From Raillietiella orientalis (Eukaryota), in contig JAYWIR010000016.1 in assembly GCA_036172245.1 (NCBI GenBank), forward strand, positions 2,542,001 to 2,606,000: a stretch of 64,000 nt of DNA. The letters are read 5' to 3'. Positions 11,398-25,313 of this stretch are shown here, piece after piece (position 1 is the first letter of the stretch; every line of letters begins with the position of its first letter). The position numbers were made by a program, and so were the translations under genes. Below the pieces are notes generated by a model, which was not told where the DNA came from, searched no databases, and saw nothing but the letters and a program-made list of their open reading frames with translations.

Positions 11398-14300
11398 GCA
11401 ATGGCCGAACCGATTCCTTTGCCAGGTTGGGCAGATACGGCGGCGCTTGTGTCGGTCAGGCCTTCTGGCAATCTTCAGGCGTTGCTAGGTCGACGACTCG
11501 CTTCCCGTTCTCTTCCTTCACGCGAAGGGAAATTTTTTTTTAAAAAAAAAAAGGAAAGAAAGAAAGATTCACTCGTATGTTTCAGAAGTATTCTGATGAG
11601 AATGGGGTGACTGCGTGCTTCCGTCGGGAAACTGATTTCCGTGGCAACAGCGCTCTCGAAACACTTGCATTTTCTTTCTTTCCGTGGGAGTGTAAGGAGA
11701 AAAGTCCAATAGCCTAATGTGGAGACTACTACTAAGTAGTTTGTTCATCCTAGTGATGCAGTTCTCGTCCACGGACTCGGCACTCAGCCTCGTTGCCGGA
11801 TAACCGTGAGAACGAATCCATTTGTGTATGCTTGACGGTGTTCGAAACACTTCGAAAAGCTTGTCGCTGGATTTTCTTTAGGTGGATCAGTAAATAGAAA
11901 TCATGAATGTGGTATCCAAGCCTTTTATGCGCACGGACTGACCGAATCTTTATCAGCATAATAGCCTACATGATGACCTAAAGTTTGTGATGGAATGTAA
12001 AATTCTGGAAAAGACAAACTCCCTGGTGGTATATCCACCTCCTGAGTTAACGACCACCGATAGATTTTATTACGCCCGATGTCTGCTCTCCTTCCCCGGT
12101 AATTTGACGTCTGCTTTGCAGATGTAGGAGCTCCGAAGGAAACTGACACTGAGCACTGGCACGCAGTACGGCATCCTGCATCTCATGCCACGGAGTCTCG
12201 AAAACTCTGGCCATCTGTCTGTCTTTTTTAAGAACACATTTCAATGTATTCAACAGTTCAAATCCTAAAAATCCACATAAATTTCGTGCTTACGCACACA
12301 AACCTTTTAGATCACGACCGCGTACAAAAGCATCAGTGATGGACATCCCTCTTATTTTAGCACCAAATCTGAAGGAGCATCGATTCGAGAGTGTTTCCTT
12401 TTGATGGTGAAGTGCGGTGCCATCCACAAAAGCTGTGCTATGAGACCACTGCGAACGGTGGAACAGATAGTTCGGGCAGCAGCAGCAGCCACCTCGGCCG
12501 GATCTTCCATACGTCCGTCCTCCTCAGGCAGCAACTCTGCATCTGAATTCTTCGATTTCAGATGCACAGTTGAAGTGGACGAACAACCTTCACGAGGCCC
12601 ATCGATTTTAATCGGAATGCTCTTCGGATTTCTTTGCCTCTTCTTTTAAACAAGCGATGATGGATTCCATATATATAGTAACACTTTCTACGTTTGGGGG
12701 AAGATGAGGCAACCATGCGGATGGCATTGATGACTAGTAAACGAAAACGTCCAACTGAGTCCTCTCTGTGTGTTTTACCCTTTCTGCTTCACGTGTAGTC
12801 TGGAAAACCTTACCCTACGCTCGTTTTGTAGTAAGCCGAAATTTAGTAACTAGGACGCAATCCTTCTAAGGCGTAGTAGCTTAATGGACACGAGCGAAGC
12901 ACACACAACTTTAATAAACAAACTTTTATCGCTTTTTAGCATATCCAAACCGAAGGTTACTTTTCTTTTAAAAAACATTTCCTGGCGTTTACGAATTCCA
13001 TCGGCAAGAAATGTCGAGCTAAGATTTTTAGTCCTTCCTTGCCTTCATGCAGCCTACTACTTTCACATGATGACCTTAGCCTTACCAGAACCAACAACAG
13101 TTCCTTGCAAATGAAATGCAGAGCAGTTTTAATCAGAACAAAGCAATCACTAATTGGGCGATGCTCATAAGGCCTTCCAGAAAACAAAAAGGGAAAAACA
13201 CGAGTTAGCGTGTTGGGACGAGCACCCTAGTACGGGAGTAAAAACTTTTGCCTAACCAGCCGGCATAGTCCCTTTCGAAAATCATTTGTTTTGCTTCCTT
13301 TTAGGCAGTTTGAGGATGGATCTAAATGCAAAGTGATGCTAGTCCTTGAACGTTTTTCTTGCAGAGCACTAGCCCCATTGGCACATCGCCTGCCTTCCAA
13401 TAGGGTACTTCCAGAACAGTGTACCTCTCCCCCACTGAAGGGACGACAGGAGGAGGAAAATGCAACCTCTAAAATGGGGCAAGCTGGAAAACGGCAGGCT
13501 ATACGTTTCCACGTCCCTTAAGACTCCTTAGGCTCTGTCAACCAGGCTCAAAACATGGCATTGCTCATTCAGGTGCCTGCAGAGTTCCTCCACATCTCTT
13601 CAGCGACAGGCTCTCAGTGAGTGTTAAAGAAGAAATCCACTGGTTTCAACTCTCGTTTCCCACTGGAATTTGCTTGGCAAGCCGATTCACTCCATTCCGA
13701 GAGCACAACACCCATCTGCCTCCACGCTTTTAGAATTTCACGCAGCCCTCTGCGTGAAATTCTAAAAAATTCAATCAGCCCACCATTCAATTTGCCTGGG
13801 ACCCGCCTTGCAACGTGTTCGGATACACGAGTCAATCGCCGAATCCTCCTATTGTGGCGGGCGTGGCTGGGAGGAAGGTTACGGTTAGGGCGTGGGCGGT
13901 GACGATGATGATATAAAGTTCGTTGTTGTGAATTAAGGAGCCTGGTTGGGAAAGTTCGGACCGGATGATGAATCTGGGAGAGGTGTCACCTACCAGTTGT
14001 TTCGCGGATCCAAAGGTATCCGCAAGATCTGCGGAAATCTAGCGGGTCCCCCCCCCCTCCCTTGAGAGAGGTCCCCCCCCCCCCAGAGACCTTTTTCTAA
14101 AACTCACACCACCACTTCCCTTTATTCTTGAGTCATACCTTCGCTTGAAACATCCGACTCGGAGTCACCAAGTCGGATTTCGCCTTCGAATTCTTCGTAG
14201 ACGTGTCCGTGGTTCCGCTGAGCGATGCGTTTCCTTGACGACTGGGTTGCAGTTCCCTGCAGCTGAAGTTGCCAACGAGGATGCCTACATAATGTAGGTT

Positions 14301-15715
14301 ACGAAACAGTCTGTATTTGAAGTTATGGGTGTCGGATGGACAGGCGAGTCACGCCAAAGACAAGTAATCTACTTTGTGTCCAATCAGACTGCTGTACCAA
14401 GTAACTCGAAATACTCCAAGGGATGCTCACGACTGCTCTTCGATTTTGCCCCGTAAAACTTGCTTATGCAGTCTCAACAGCTCGGTTCTAAGCAACCATT
14501 CTTTTTTAATAAAAGTAATTCCTTTTTTTCCTTCTTCTTCTTCTTCTTTTTTTTTTTTTTTTTTCCATGCTGGCCAACCACGTCCCCTCTCCCCCCCCCC
14601 GTGCAGTATCGATCCAGTGGCTGCTGCTTTCTACTCGACAAGCCTCAAATACCAAAAGTTGATACACTGAGAATACAATGTAATAATCAGGAACCACGCC
14701 CGGTCCTCCTCTTGCACCATGGCAACTTGGAAATCATCTTGGGAACCAAGACTACTCAGTCGTGGTCCCCAAGATGATTATGGTGAAAAGGGATGACGAA
14801 ACGGCACATGCATTTTTAATCTGTTTTTATCTCAGCTTCATCGTAAACGGCAAAACCGAGCTCGGCTTGCAGAATGACCTTTTTCACGATCAAGAAGAAT
14901 GCTACAAAGGACAGAACGAGTAGCAGGAAAAATGGAACGGAAATAAAACGAAAGACGCATGGGATCGGAGATCCATCCCACGAACGAAACGAAGTTCAAG
15001 CAACAGCTCCTTAATTTCCTGATCGTAATCGTACAGATTTTCACGACTCATTAACAGGAATCGACGGAGGAATGAAAAAAAAATTCCCCTCCTCCCCCGA
15101 AGGGAACACGAGCGGCTGCACAACGTGGAAATTCTCATGGCCCACAGGAAGGACTTCGACTCCCGAGAGCACTTGAAATACCGAATGCTTAATGCAATCT
15201 TCGATTCCGTCAAAATATTAATTGGCTATAAATCTGTCGTGCTCTGTCTGTTCGAATGCTCCACTTAAAATGGATGAACTCGATGAATAAAACATTCCCA
15301 CCGGGTTCCCTTTCAAACTTGCACTGAGAAACGGACACTTACGATTGCGTGCTCGGAAATTCATTACCAACGTTCTGGAATCACATGGATTCTTCCCGAT
15401 TAATGCACCATAATTCTGAAAAAATAATGCATCACATTCAGAACTTCGGTGGTCGATGTTAAAAGAACTTATGCGATCTCACACAGAATGAATAGCTGCA
15501 GCTTTACATTTTAGTTTCATGTTTATCTTTCAATCGGAATAATGACTTGATTTTTTTTGTATATGAAAGTGAACACACAATGGCACTTGATATCACCATC
15601 CGTTTAAATGAAAACACCTCCTCCAGCTTTTCACCTTTTCACGAAAGTTAAAGGCTTTGATTGTATGCATTATCGATTTGTTGGGATAACTCCTCCTGAT
15701 ACTACAAGTTCATCT

Positions 15716-17231
15716 TTAATCCTTTGCAGCCAGTGGAACTGTGGATATAATTCTTTGTTTGCCAGTTCTATCCATGATTCTTTCAGGACGCTTATGCTGC
15801 AGTTGACGTAACACCTGCAACGTTTGATTTTGCAAAGAATCCCAGGAGAGGATTTTTTCATTCAAAAAAGCCTCGGTATGTTTTTGCATTGCTTCCTCCT
15901 TCAAAATTCTCAATTTTTCTCTTTCGATCTGCAACTTTCTTCGTTCTTCCTCAAGGAATTTGTGTTGGTGATTTAGGTCTTCCAGTGCACTGCCTACCAA
16001 TTTGGGCACTATAGTGCCATTAGAAATAATCTTCTGTACAGACTCCAGTAGACTCCTCATCTGCTTCCTGTGCTCTTTGGTGATGACATGTTGGATTTTC
16101 TAAAGCACTAGTGAACAAAGTAGCAACCACCTCACCTTCAACTGATGTGTCTCTTCTTGAATGAATGCTAAAGTCATACGCTGTAACATTTGTGATTTCT
16201 GTTTCTCTTGATGCCATGCCTTTTGCAGGGATGTTAGCCTCTCCCTCAGTTGTTGAATCTCTTCATCTTTGAGGAGTAATGTATGGCTCACCTTATTCAT
16301 CACTTCACCAAACTGATGCTGCAATTCTAAGCAGCCATGAAATTCTCTACAAAGCAATGTACCTTTCATATAAGACTGCTTGGCTTCACAGAGAGCTTTA
16401 GGAAAACCTTCTAAAGTGTACTGGATCCTATCGATCTGACCACTTAATCTGAATAAGAAACTTGCTTGAAAGTCTGATTTTGAGTATATCACCTGTTGAA
16501 TTCAAGTTGGAGGTCTTGTTCAACATGCTGCTGTCCTTCAATTTGCAAACCTTTCTTATTCAGATTTGAGTCTTCCTGAATAACTACACCTAGCATGTTG
16601 ATAGCTAGCAAACTTTTGCTTACCATCTTATTTTGTAGAGACAATAAAATTGCATTATTTTTCTCAAAATGCTGGGTCACAAATGACCACATTTCCTCAT
16701 GTTTTTCTGAGTGCAGCCTGTAAGATCCCAACAAATTATGATGCAATCTAGCATACTATCACCTAAGGAAATGTTCTAATTTGGAAGATAAACTTTGCTC
16801 ATCAACCTCATGCTCAGTTTTTTTGTTCTCAGCAGGAATGGTCTGGATGCCTACTTCCTTCGTTTCCAAAGAAAATGCAGGTTGGTACTGAAGAAACAAA
16901 TGGACAGTTAGTAAAAGATTACAATAAAAACTACAAAATGCAAGAGTACAGCAACTCATTTTACCGGTGCATCAACTTCTGTTGCAGGCTTCACATTTGT
17001 GCGACTCACATGAAGAAAATCATATGCTTGCTTTCCTGGACTTTTGTCAAAAGATTGTGTAATGCCCAAACTTGATAGTAAGTTTAACTTTAATTGTGGT
17101 TCTGTTGTATTTTGAATGCTGGATTTCACCAGATTAGTTTGGGGTTGTGGACTTTCATCAAACCCCAATTCAGATTCACTTTCCCCAAACAGCTGTGCTA
17201 AGAATTGGGCCTTATTTTTTTTGCCAATCAT
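15716..17231 (-). CDS. Uncharacterised ~437-aa coiled-coil protein
   Basis: GT-AG phase-consistent exons 17231-16965, 16887-16763, 16717-16493, 16448-16136, 16099-15716 give one open frame with heptad-rich segments (EEIQQLRERLTSLQKAWHQEKQK; LEEERRKLQIEREKLRILKEE). Family not recognised; start codon uncertain. Confidence 0.65.
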
Positions 17232-17403
17232 TGGGTAGTATGCACCTTTAGGGCAGTAAAGAAATTGAGTCAGAGTTTGTTATTCCAAAGCAAAGCCCGT
17301 CCTTGCTTCAGGAAAAAAATCTACCCCTGCTGCTTTTTATTATTAAGGGTCCATAAGATTACCAAGAAATTCTTAATTTTTTAAACCAGTGATGTAAATA
17401 AGC

Positions 17404-18459
17404 TCAATTGGACACAAGACTGCTCAAATTCTTTGCCAAGCTCGGATCTGTCATCTGCAGAGGTGTTTTCTCTTCCTTATTCAGTAAAGAGATGTCTCCA
17501 CCATTCTGGATAAGCAGCTTGGCTACATTTTCATTACCCTCTTCACATGCAAGATGTCTGATACCAAATGAATTTATAAACTGATAAAAGTTTCTTACAA
17601 AGGAGTATTGCCACAATTATCCTTATGGTTAATGTCTAGTTTATCTTTGGCTTTCAATAAAATCTTCACAATTTCTATGTGACCCAAAGAAGCAGCACGG
17701 TGCAATGCTGTGGCTTTCCTGTTATCTTCAATGTTTTTGTCTGCACCATACTCCAGTAGCAATTGGAAAACCTGTTAGAAAAAAAAAAAAAAAATTGATA
17801 ACACAAGGAAAACACTGCATCAAAACAACTTCTATGTGATTTTTGGAAGCTGCATATTGAAGTGAAGAATGCCCTTGATTAGTGCATCCATTAACATTTG
17901 CTCCTTTTGACAGAAGTAATTGTACAATGTTCTTGTTTCCTACAGAAGAAGCTATGATTAATGGCGTCCATCCTTCCTTAAATGAGTAGGAATTGACATA
18001 TTCCTTATACACATGCTCATACATCATCTTTGGGATCAACTGGAGAGTCATGATTTAATAAGATTTCTACAATCTCGTAATGGCCACCACTACATGCCCA
18101 ATGAATAGGTAATCTTCCACTCTAAAAAAAGGTTTTATACTCATTAAACAAAGAAAACGAGGTTTTGTATATATAAGTTGAAAGTAACACATGAATACGC
18201 CTGTAAACAAGTTGGAAAATTTTGATACCAAGACAGTGTGGTTTTGCATACAAAAATTACGATTGCATAACTAATTACATCAGCGGAACTTTATGGCTAA
18301 TCTCGGAATTCAATGATTACAAAGTGTGAACAATTATTTATGCAGATTTACTTCATCCGTGCGGAGAAGTTGTTTTGGATCCTTTAATAATTCCTTTAAT
18401 AAGAGCAATTTTCCTTCATAAGCAAGCAGGCAAATGTTGTTGGCTTGCTCGGTCTTCAT
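17404..18459 (-). CDS. PSMD10: 26S proteasome non-ATPase regulatory subunit 10 (gankyrin), 226 aa
   Basis: Exons 18459-18352, 18121-18023, 17976-17830, 17771-17599, 17557-17404. Ankyrin repeats SGRLPIHWACSGGH, EGWTPLIIASSVG, HSSLQYAASKNH, ATALHRAASLGH, GNTPLHLACEE and terminal NKEEKTPL are characteristic of gankyrin. Confidence 0.93.
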
Positions 18460-21069
18460 AACGCCAGTTGCAAAAAAAACGATCTCTGAGAATCTTTCGT
18501 GTATTTTTTGTTTCACCTAAAAAGACATCAACAGGTACAACACATCAACCAATATTGTGCTCTGCCGTCCCATGCGTTCAAAGCTAAACAAAAGCACGCA
18601 TTGGGATGTTCTTTACATTCAAATAAAATAGACTCCATGGTAAAGTATCAAACATCATGAATATTATTAAACAGAGTCAATACAGCCTTTGATTGAACAG
18701 AAGCGTCACTTCGTATCAATTCAAAAATACCAACTTTAGCAAGCGTAAAGCCACCTTCCCTCCCTCCCATCCCATTCCCTCTTCTACCACACACATCCGT
18801 GTCTCGAATACGCGCTGCCCCCCTGCTTGGCTTATATTTTGGATAGTTGTCGCAGAATTACCAACTACCACGAAAGTAAATCATATGTACTTTGGTAGTA
18901 GTGTAGGAGTCGTAGCATTATATGTCTATATATATTATTCTTATATGTGCGTTTGGGACTTATATGTATATATACATGTGTTTAAAACCGGTTGGAGTGT
19001 ATGTATGAACTAAAATTCTGATGTTTTTACTAACTGTGGGCATATTTGTATTTGCACTAGTATATGTGCATACTTTGTAACACTGAACATTTGAATAATT
19101 ACTTATTGTGGGATGTTTGTTTTAGATCCAAATGTTGAGATTTGCTTCAAAGAACTTACAAGCTATTCATGAAGCTTTGAAGTCTAATAAAAACTAACTA
19201 TGAAACTGATATTCTCTCGATTCTCTCGATTTTAGTGGATTCATTTTGCGTATTGATCGGTGTGAAATTCTGTCTTTTGTTTTTTGCTTTCAAATTTCAT
19301 ATTAATACCAAATGTATATTTGAAACAAATGGTCCGTATTTGAGAGAACGGAATGTCCTTTGATCACACTATCCATCTTTAAATGGAGTTTCGGTTTAAA
19401 TGTTAAATCCATGAGAAATATCAAATACAGTCCTTCAGTTCTTTTGTGATTACCATGCGGAACTCCGGCAATTCGTGAGTCAAGATAATGGGCTTCAGAA
19501 TCTTTTATAAAATTTGATTTTTCGGGTTTTCTGTGTTCTGTGAGAACCATGTGCACAGTCTTTGAAAGAGCTTTAAAAAGCCTGTTCCTGGAACTTATAA
19601 TACATACAGGATTTTGTTATTCTAGCTCACTAGATTTTGGGCCTTTTAATCCATTTACTCTTGACCTCAGAGATGATACTCAGTATAACAGATCAGTAAA
19701 CGAGAATCTTGGAGATCGCTAGTCATCTCCGAGAACACTTTTGTCCCTAAGATGAAAGGAATGGAAGAAAAAAAATTGCACTATTCTATTGCAGATTCCT
19801 CAACAACATAAGAATTTTCGGACTTTGGAGGAGGCTACTCTATTTTCAGAAGCATTATCTTCTCGAGAATTAGTTTAGTTTTTAACCTTATGAGGATGCT
19901 AAATGTTTTTGTCTTTCAGTTGCATAGAATTCATTTAACCCATGTATCATCAAAACTGTCCGAGTACTATTGGGAACCGTGAAAAGTGTTTGCAGCATAC
20001 ACCTGTTCTTGGAAGTATAGCGAAAACATCTCATACCTTGAAGCTATGAATCAGCTAAATTCACTGCTTTATGAAATCTATTTTATTATTCTACACTGTA
20101 TTAATCTACTGATTTCAAACACTATCTCACTTTGAAAAATGCAGTTCTTGACTTCTGGCTACTAAGCTGCTCCCTTGTTCTGTTTTTTTGCTTACAAAGG
20201 AATCGTTTGTTTTGTGTTCCTGTATTTCGTTTGAAAGAAGGAACCCTGGGAGTCTGGGATCCGAAGAGCGAAGAAGTGTTCGAATAATTCGGGTCTCCAG
20301 CACTCGGTCAGCATGAAACGAAGGCTGCTGCTTCCACAGCTAAGACCCACACTGAATGCAAATTCTGGGCTACCGGTCAGAACGAACAGTGGCTAAGGTG
20401 ATCACGAATGCAATTGCGTTCCCACATAGGGAAGCATCTCGACCAAGAAAAAGCTCTGTCCAGAGCTGGTCAGCATTGCGCTTCCAGACAGCTTCCTTAA
20501 AACGGAGATCGCATATGCTCTGTTTGATTGCCATTTCGTGAGTGCAGCTCGATGAAACTCCGTTGGGAGAAATAGGCGCCAACTGCAGGTGCAGGAGATG
20601 TGGGACCTGCTCACCCCAAGCAGCCGCTCATCGGTTGACCCTTCCGCTGCCATCTCGCGGATCGCCAAAAGTCCAATCTTCCGAATCCTTTCCCACCTTC
20701 ACCTTCCGCCTCAGCCTCCTTCAGCTCGTTCTCATCTTGCCGGGGTTTGCTCACGTGCACCAGACGGAGCGTTCAGCATCACTCGGTGGTGAGCGACAAC
20801 CGGTCAGCGGCCGTGATGCTGTCGAACACGACGGGCGGCCGGCCATCCATCCGATCTTCCCATTGGCGGCCCATCCCGAACCCCTACCACCACGGAAGAG
20901 GAGTGGGAACAGGATCATACATTCAGGATCCCCTCTGGTCAAGAGGGTCAAGCGAGCTTCAGGAATGAATCGGGAGTTTCCCAGTGTGTGATCTCGTTGT
21001 GGGCGAACGGTTCCATGCGCAAGCCGCTGCAGGAAGCGTCATCCAAGTTGCCTTATCTTATGCGGACAT

Positions 21070-21171
21070 GCGAGCGTCGCGTCTTCGCTTTAGCGACTGC
21101 TCCGAATCTCCGAAAAAATTATGCGCTAGGTATGTCTTGATATCCATACCTCTCGAACACGTGGTTCAAGT
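21070..21171 (-). pseudogene. RNU11: 5'-truncated U11 snRNA copy (about nt 29 to the end), joined directly to the 3' end of a Tx1-like retrotransposon
   Basis: Minus strand ACTTGAACCACGTGTTCGAGAGGTATGGATATCAAGACATACCTAGCGCATAATTTTTTCGG... is about 85% identical by eye to 25416-25315. It lacks the 5' AAAAAGGGC end. Confidence 0.8.
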
Positions 21172-24100
21172 TTTCCCCAGTCCGACCAGCGGTGGGGTGG
21201 ATTTATTGAGCAAGCAAGAAACATGCAAACAAAAGACACTTTCACTTCGACCATTGCTCGGTCGGTCTCCTTCGTGGCTTTGCGGCCCTCGCGGGCAAGT
21301 CACTGTACCGTTCTGGCGGCGCACTGGGCTATCCTTAAGCAGAGCTGGAGGGTGCAAGATGGCACTCCTCCGCACCTATCAATGACGATTTCTCTGATCA
21401 GAAGTCCTTGCAGGATATATCTGGCGTTGCAGGTGCTGCCCATCGTCAGCTTCGTCCTCCTGATGAGAATGCTCCTCAGAAAGAAGGCGACGATCATCCG
21501 CACGGTGGGATTGTAGTGGGGCACGCCGCCGTCTTCGCTCTCCAACAGTCCCCGGAGGATTTCCAGACACGAGGTGTTGCCCAAACCGATGGCTCGCCGC
21601 ACCACTTTCCAGTCCCGGATAAGGGTGCGGCAAGTGTACATGTGCATGTTGTTTTCGGTCGATCCGCAAGCCGGACACTGGTCGTCGTCGGGGTTCCCGG
21701 TCCAGCGTCGGAATCCCGCACAGGATGCCTCCTTGATAAAACATCAGGAGGCAATCCTGAACTTCCGGCGGTAGAGGGGGCCTCCAGAGCACCGTCGCGA
21801 TGGCCTGCGGGTTGACTCCCGGTTCGCCGAACCTGGCCCGGATCGTGCTCAGCGCTTCTTCCGCGGTGACTGCGGCCAGCATCTGGAAGTTATCGGCTCG
21901 GGCATCACTCTGGAACACTGCGCTCCCTGGGCTTGCCAGAGCTCGCGAGCCCTGTGGGTTACCCAGCCTTGCATCGAGCGCTTGTTCGCCAGGACTCGCA
22001 CCGCTTGGATGACTCCGCTGGTGTCTAGTCGCCCGCAGTCTCTTAGAGTCACGTCGCCTTGTCGACGCAGCCAAATGAGCGTTTTCCAAGGGACCCGGAT
22101 GAACCATGGGATCACCTTGACGAGCTTCCTGTCCCATAATTCCCTGCTTCGCGGGACGATCTTTAGCTTCAGCTCCATCACGAGACTATGGAGCCTCGGC
22201 CAAGCGGAGTCGACGACTTTCCACTGCCAGGGTTTGTGCAACATGGCGGACACGAGACCGTCGCTTTCCAGCAGCATCCTCGCGTACGCCCTGTGAAACG
22301 CGAACGGCCATTCGTTCCAATGGCTGACGTAGCGGGCGAGCAGCTTAAGGTTCTAAAACTTCACAGAATGCGAGATTTCCCGCATGCCGGTGCATCCTTC
22401 GGTCCTCGGGGGACACAGGTTTTCCCTCTTCACTTTTAGTCTTCTCCCATTCCATAGCGAATCACGCTGGATGTTGGCGAGTTCCTTGGCCACCCTCTCC
22501 GGGATCTTATCGAAGGACGTGGCAAAGAGAAACTTCTTCGCGATCGCTCCGTTCCAGAGGTTGGCTTTGCCTCGAAAGGAGAGGTTCATCCCCCTGTACA
22601 GGTGGGTTTGCTACCTCAGCTTGGCGAGGATATCTTACCATTGCGTGTCGTCCGCCGTGTCTTCCTCTCCGATCGTAACCCTCAAGCATTTGACTCTGTG
22701 CACGATGCGGAAACCGTGGGGGCATAGGACGTTGACGTCCGGGTTCCCAACGGCCAGCAGACAGGATTTCTTCGGATTCACCTTCAATCCTAGTCCGTGC
22801 TCCATGGCATCCAGGATATCGAGGAACGCCTCTTGATCCCATTTGTCGGACATGACAAACAGGAGATTGTCGGCGTAGGCCAGTTACGTGATCGTGTCGG
22901 GTTCTTCTCGATCCAGGGTGATGTCCTTGAGCCACCGCTCGTTGGTCACGAGGGCAGCCACCGCTTCCATGTATATGACGAATAGCATGGGGCTGAGGAC
23001 ATCTCCCTGGCGCACTCCTCTTTCCATTTTAATGTCTTCCGTCGTCAGTCCGTTCACGTGCAGCCGAAAATGGGCTGCTTCCAGGATGCGCTCGACGTGC
23101 TGCAGGAATTTCCGTTGAAAGCCCATCTTACGGAGGATACTCGTCAGCATGCCGTGATCAACCGAATCGAAAGCCTTCTCAATGTCAGCGAGCGCGAGTA
23201 CCAGGTCGTTGCTTAGGATGCTGTTGCAACCCAGCAGGGATCAGGAGCTCTTGTTGTCCCACATGCACCTGCCGGACACGACGCACGTCTGGCTGGGCGC
23301 AATCAACGATTTCAAGGTCCTCTTCAGCCTGTTTGCCCAGATCTTGGCCATCCACTTCGCATCCGAGTTGAGGACGGAAATGGATCTCCACTGGTTGACG
23401 GTGCGGAGGTCGTCGCCGCTCTTCGTGAGCAGCCGCATCCTGCCTCGGTGGAAGGAGGCGGGCGGTCGATTTTCCCTGGCGACGCAGTCCAGCAGCTGGA
23501 GGAATAGGCACAGGCAGGCGGACAGGAAGCGCCGGTAGTGCGTGACGGGCACGCCGCCCGGACCTCGCCAAGGGAGAATTCCACGTCCATTTCCGCGATT
23601 TCTCGGGAGCTCAGGTGCTTGTTCACGCTGCGTAGGATTCGTTGCTGAGCTCTCGGCTCCAGGATTCTCTTTTGAAACAGGTCGGTGTAATGTCGCCTGA
23701 AGAATTCCAGAACCTCCTCCGATGATCGGCACTTTCGGCCGTCGTGGTGGACGTAGAAGATTTCGGTCTGGTGGTTGTTCTTCTCCAGCCGTGCGATATC
23801 CTTCTTGAGCCTGCCATCTAGAAAGCGTCTCTGGTACTCTTGCCAGTACTTGGAGTGAGAGAGATGTCGATGGACGGTCTCCCCGTACGCCTCCTCGCAT
23901 AGTACTCTGTCGCCGTACTGCACGTTAGCGAACACGTGGATCATGTGCTTGAGGACATCCCAGTCGTCCACGAGCTCGATTGTAGTCGTGGACATGATGG
24001 TCTCGACGACGCGCTGGTAAGCGGGGTAGCAGGCGAATTACTCGAACATGCAGAGGAGTGCTGCCCGGGGCTCCGCGTGCTCCCTCCTAGGATTCCTCGC

Positions 24101-25290
24101 CTGCATCCGGAACTTCAGCAGGAAATGGTCCGAGAGCCCGGTGTTCAGCTCCCGGATCCCCTGGATGCGGTTATGGAGGGCCCACGAGTGCAGGACGTAG
24201 TCGATCGGCGTCAAGTTCGCCCGGTGTACGCGAGGGCGAGGGCGACGGCCAGCCGCCGGTAGGCATTGGCTCCACCCATTTCGTTCGGTCGGTCGTCTTC
24301 CCAGCTCATGTTCAGATCACCCACCAGGATGAGAACGTACTTCGCCATGATCTGGCTCTTGACGAGGTCCACAAGGGTCCTCGCGAAGGTTCCCTTCCGG
24401 TTGCGCGGTCCGTAGACGTTCACCACGAACACGGAGACTTTGCGCAGCGTCTGCTCGATGTTCCCATTGAACATCTGAAGTGGCCCCCGGTGCTCATGAA
24501 CACCTCCACCCTTCCCTTAAAATGGCAGGAGTCGGCTCTACTGTCCTGCCACTTGAGGGGGAGGGTGGATGCATCTCTAAATAACGGGGGCCACTCTAGG
24601 TCATCCGCCGGGATGCCAAGCAGCTCTCGCCCCATCTTCGTATACCACGAGGGTGAACGCTTGGGGTCGCGGCGTCTGCCAGTTCCCTCATGGTCCACCC
24701 GCTTAGATCCTTCTCCTTGCCCGCTATCCGGCAGGAGACTTGCCACCTCGGCTTCCGGCTGTTATGAAGCGCCCTTCTCAGGAAGGGCAGCGCCGTGGCC
24801 AGTGGGGTCGTCTCCGCCCACGTGCTTCTGGCAGTGCCCTCGATCATGTTCCGCAGCGTGCAGCGGGTGTAGATGCCGGGACGCAGGCGGTTGCAGGATT
24901 CTCCTCCACTAGGCTGGTTTAGCTTCGCCCACGTGCCAACTGTTTCTTCCGGCCATGCGCTGGAGTTGGCGGGGTTGCAGGCCATCCACCCGTCCTCCTT
25001 AGCCAGGGACGCCATGCGTCCAAGGAGCAGGCCGCATCTTCGAATCTTAAACGTCCCGGCGAAACCCGGGTGAAAATCGGCAGCCGCACTGCCCGTGGGG
25101 GAGGCCGCTGCGTGGTGTCCGAAGGACGTGCATCCCCTACAAAAGTCGAGCTGCTGCCGGGAGGAGGTCACCCGCAGCGGCTGCGTGGCACGTTGGTCGC
25201 GGTTCCGTAGGACGCCGTGAGGGAGGTTGACGTTCCACGCAGCCCCCCTGCGGGCGGTTCGTAGGGGAGCATCGGCACCCCCAACACATT
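21172..25290 (-). mobile_element. Degenerate L1/Tx1-clade non-LTR retrotransposon (ORF1 zinc-knuckle remnant, APE endonuclease, RT, C-terminal region, 3' UTR with AATAAA)
   Basis: Knuckle CRGCTSFGHHAAASP (~25150). EN motifs VVNVYGP, LVGDLN, SDHF. RT motifs WRSISVLNSDAKWMAKIWANRL, DIEKAFDSVDH, GVRQGDVLSPMLF, AYADNL (preceded by an in-frame stop). Several frameshifts. 3' end AATAAATCCACCCCACCGCTGGTCGGACTGGGGAAA. Confidence 0.9.
24479..24595. repeat. ~117-nt imperfect palindrome (MITE-like hairpin) inside the retrotransposon
   Basis: AGTGGCCCCCG...CGGGGGCCACT termini, and inner TCCACCCTTCCCTTAAAATGGCAGGA pairing with TCCTGCCACTTGAGGGGGAGGGTGGA. Confidence 0.75.
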
Positions 25291-25313
25291 GCCTTCCTTT
25301 CGCACGGTGAACG

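Noticed and set aside
11370..11400. Hammerhead ribozyme core (CTGACGAG)
   Set aside because: No stem II followed by GAAA, and no matching cleavage triplet.
11570..12650. Decayed coding or TE fragments on the minus strand
   Set aside because: No coherent frame or recognisable domain.
20360..20960. Helitron Rep remnant (DPECMILFPLLF..G..GW)
   Set aside because: Single weak motif with no other Rep or helicase motifs.
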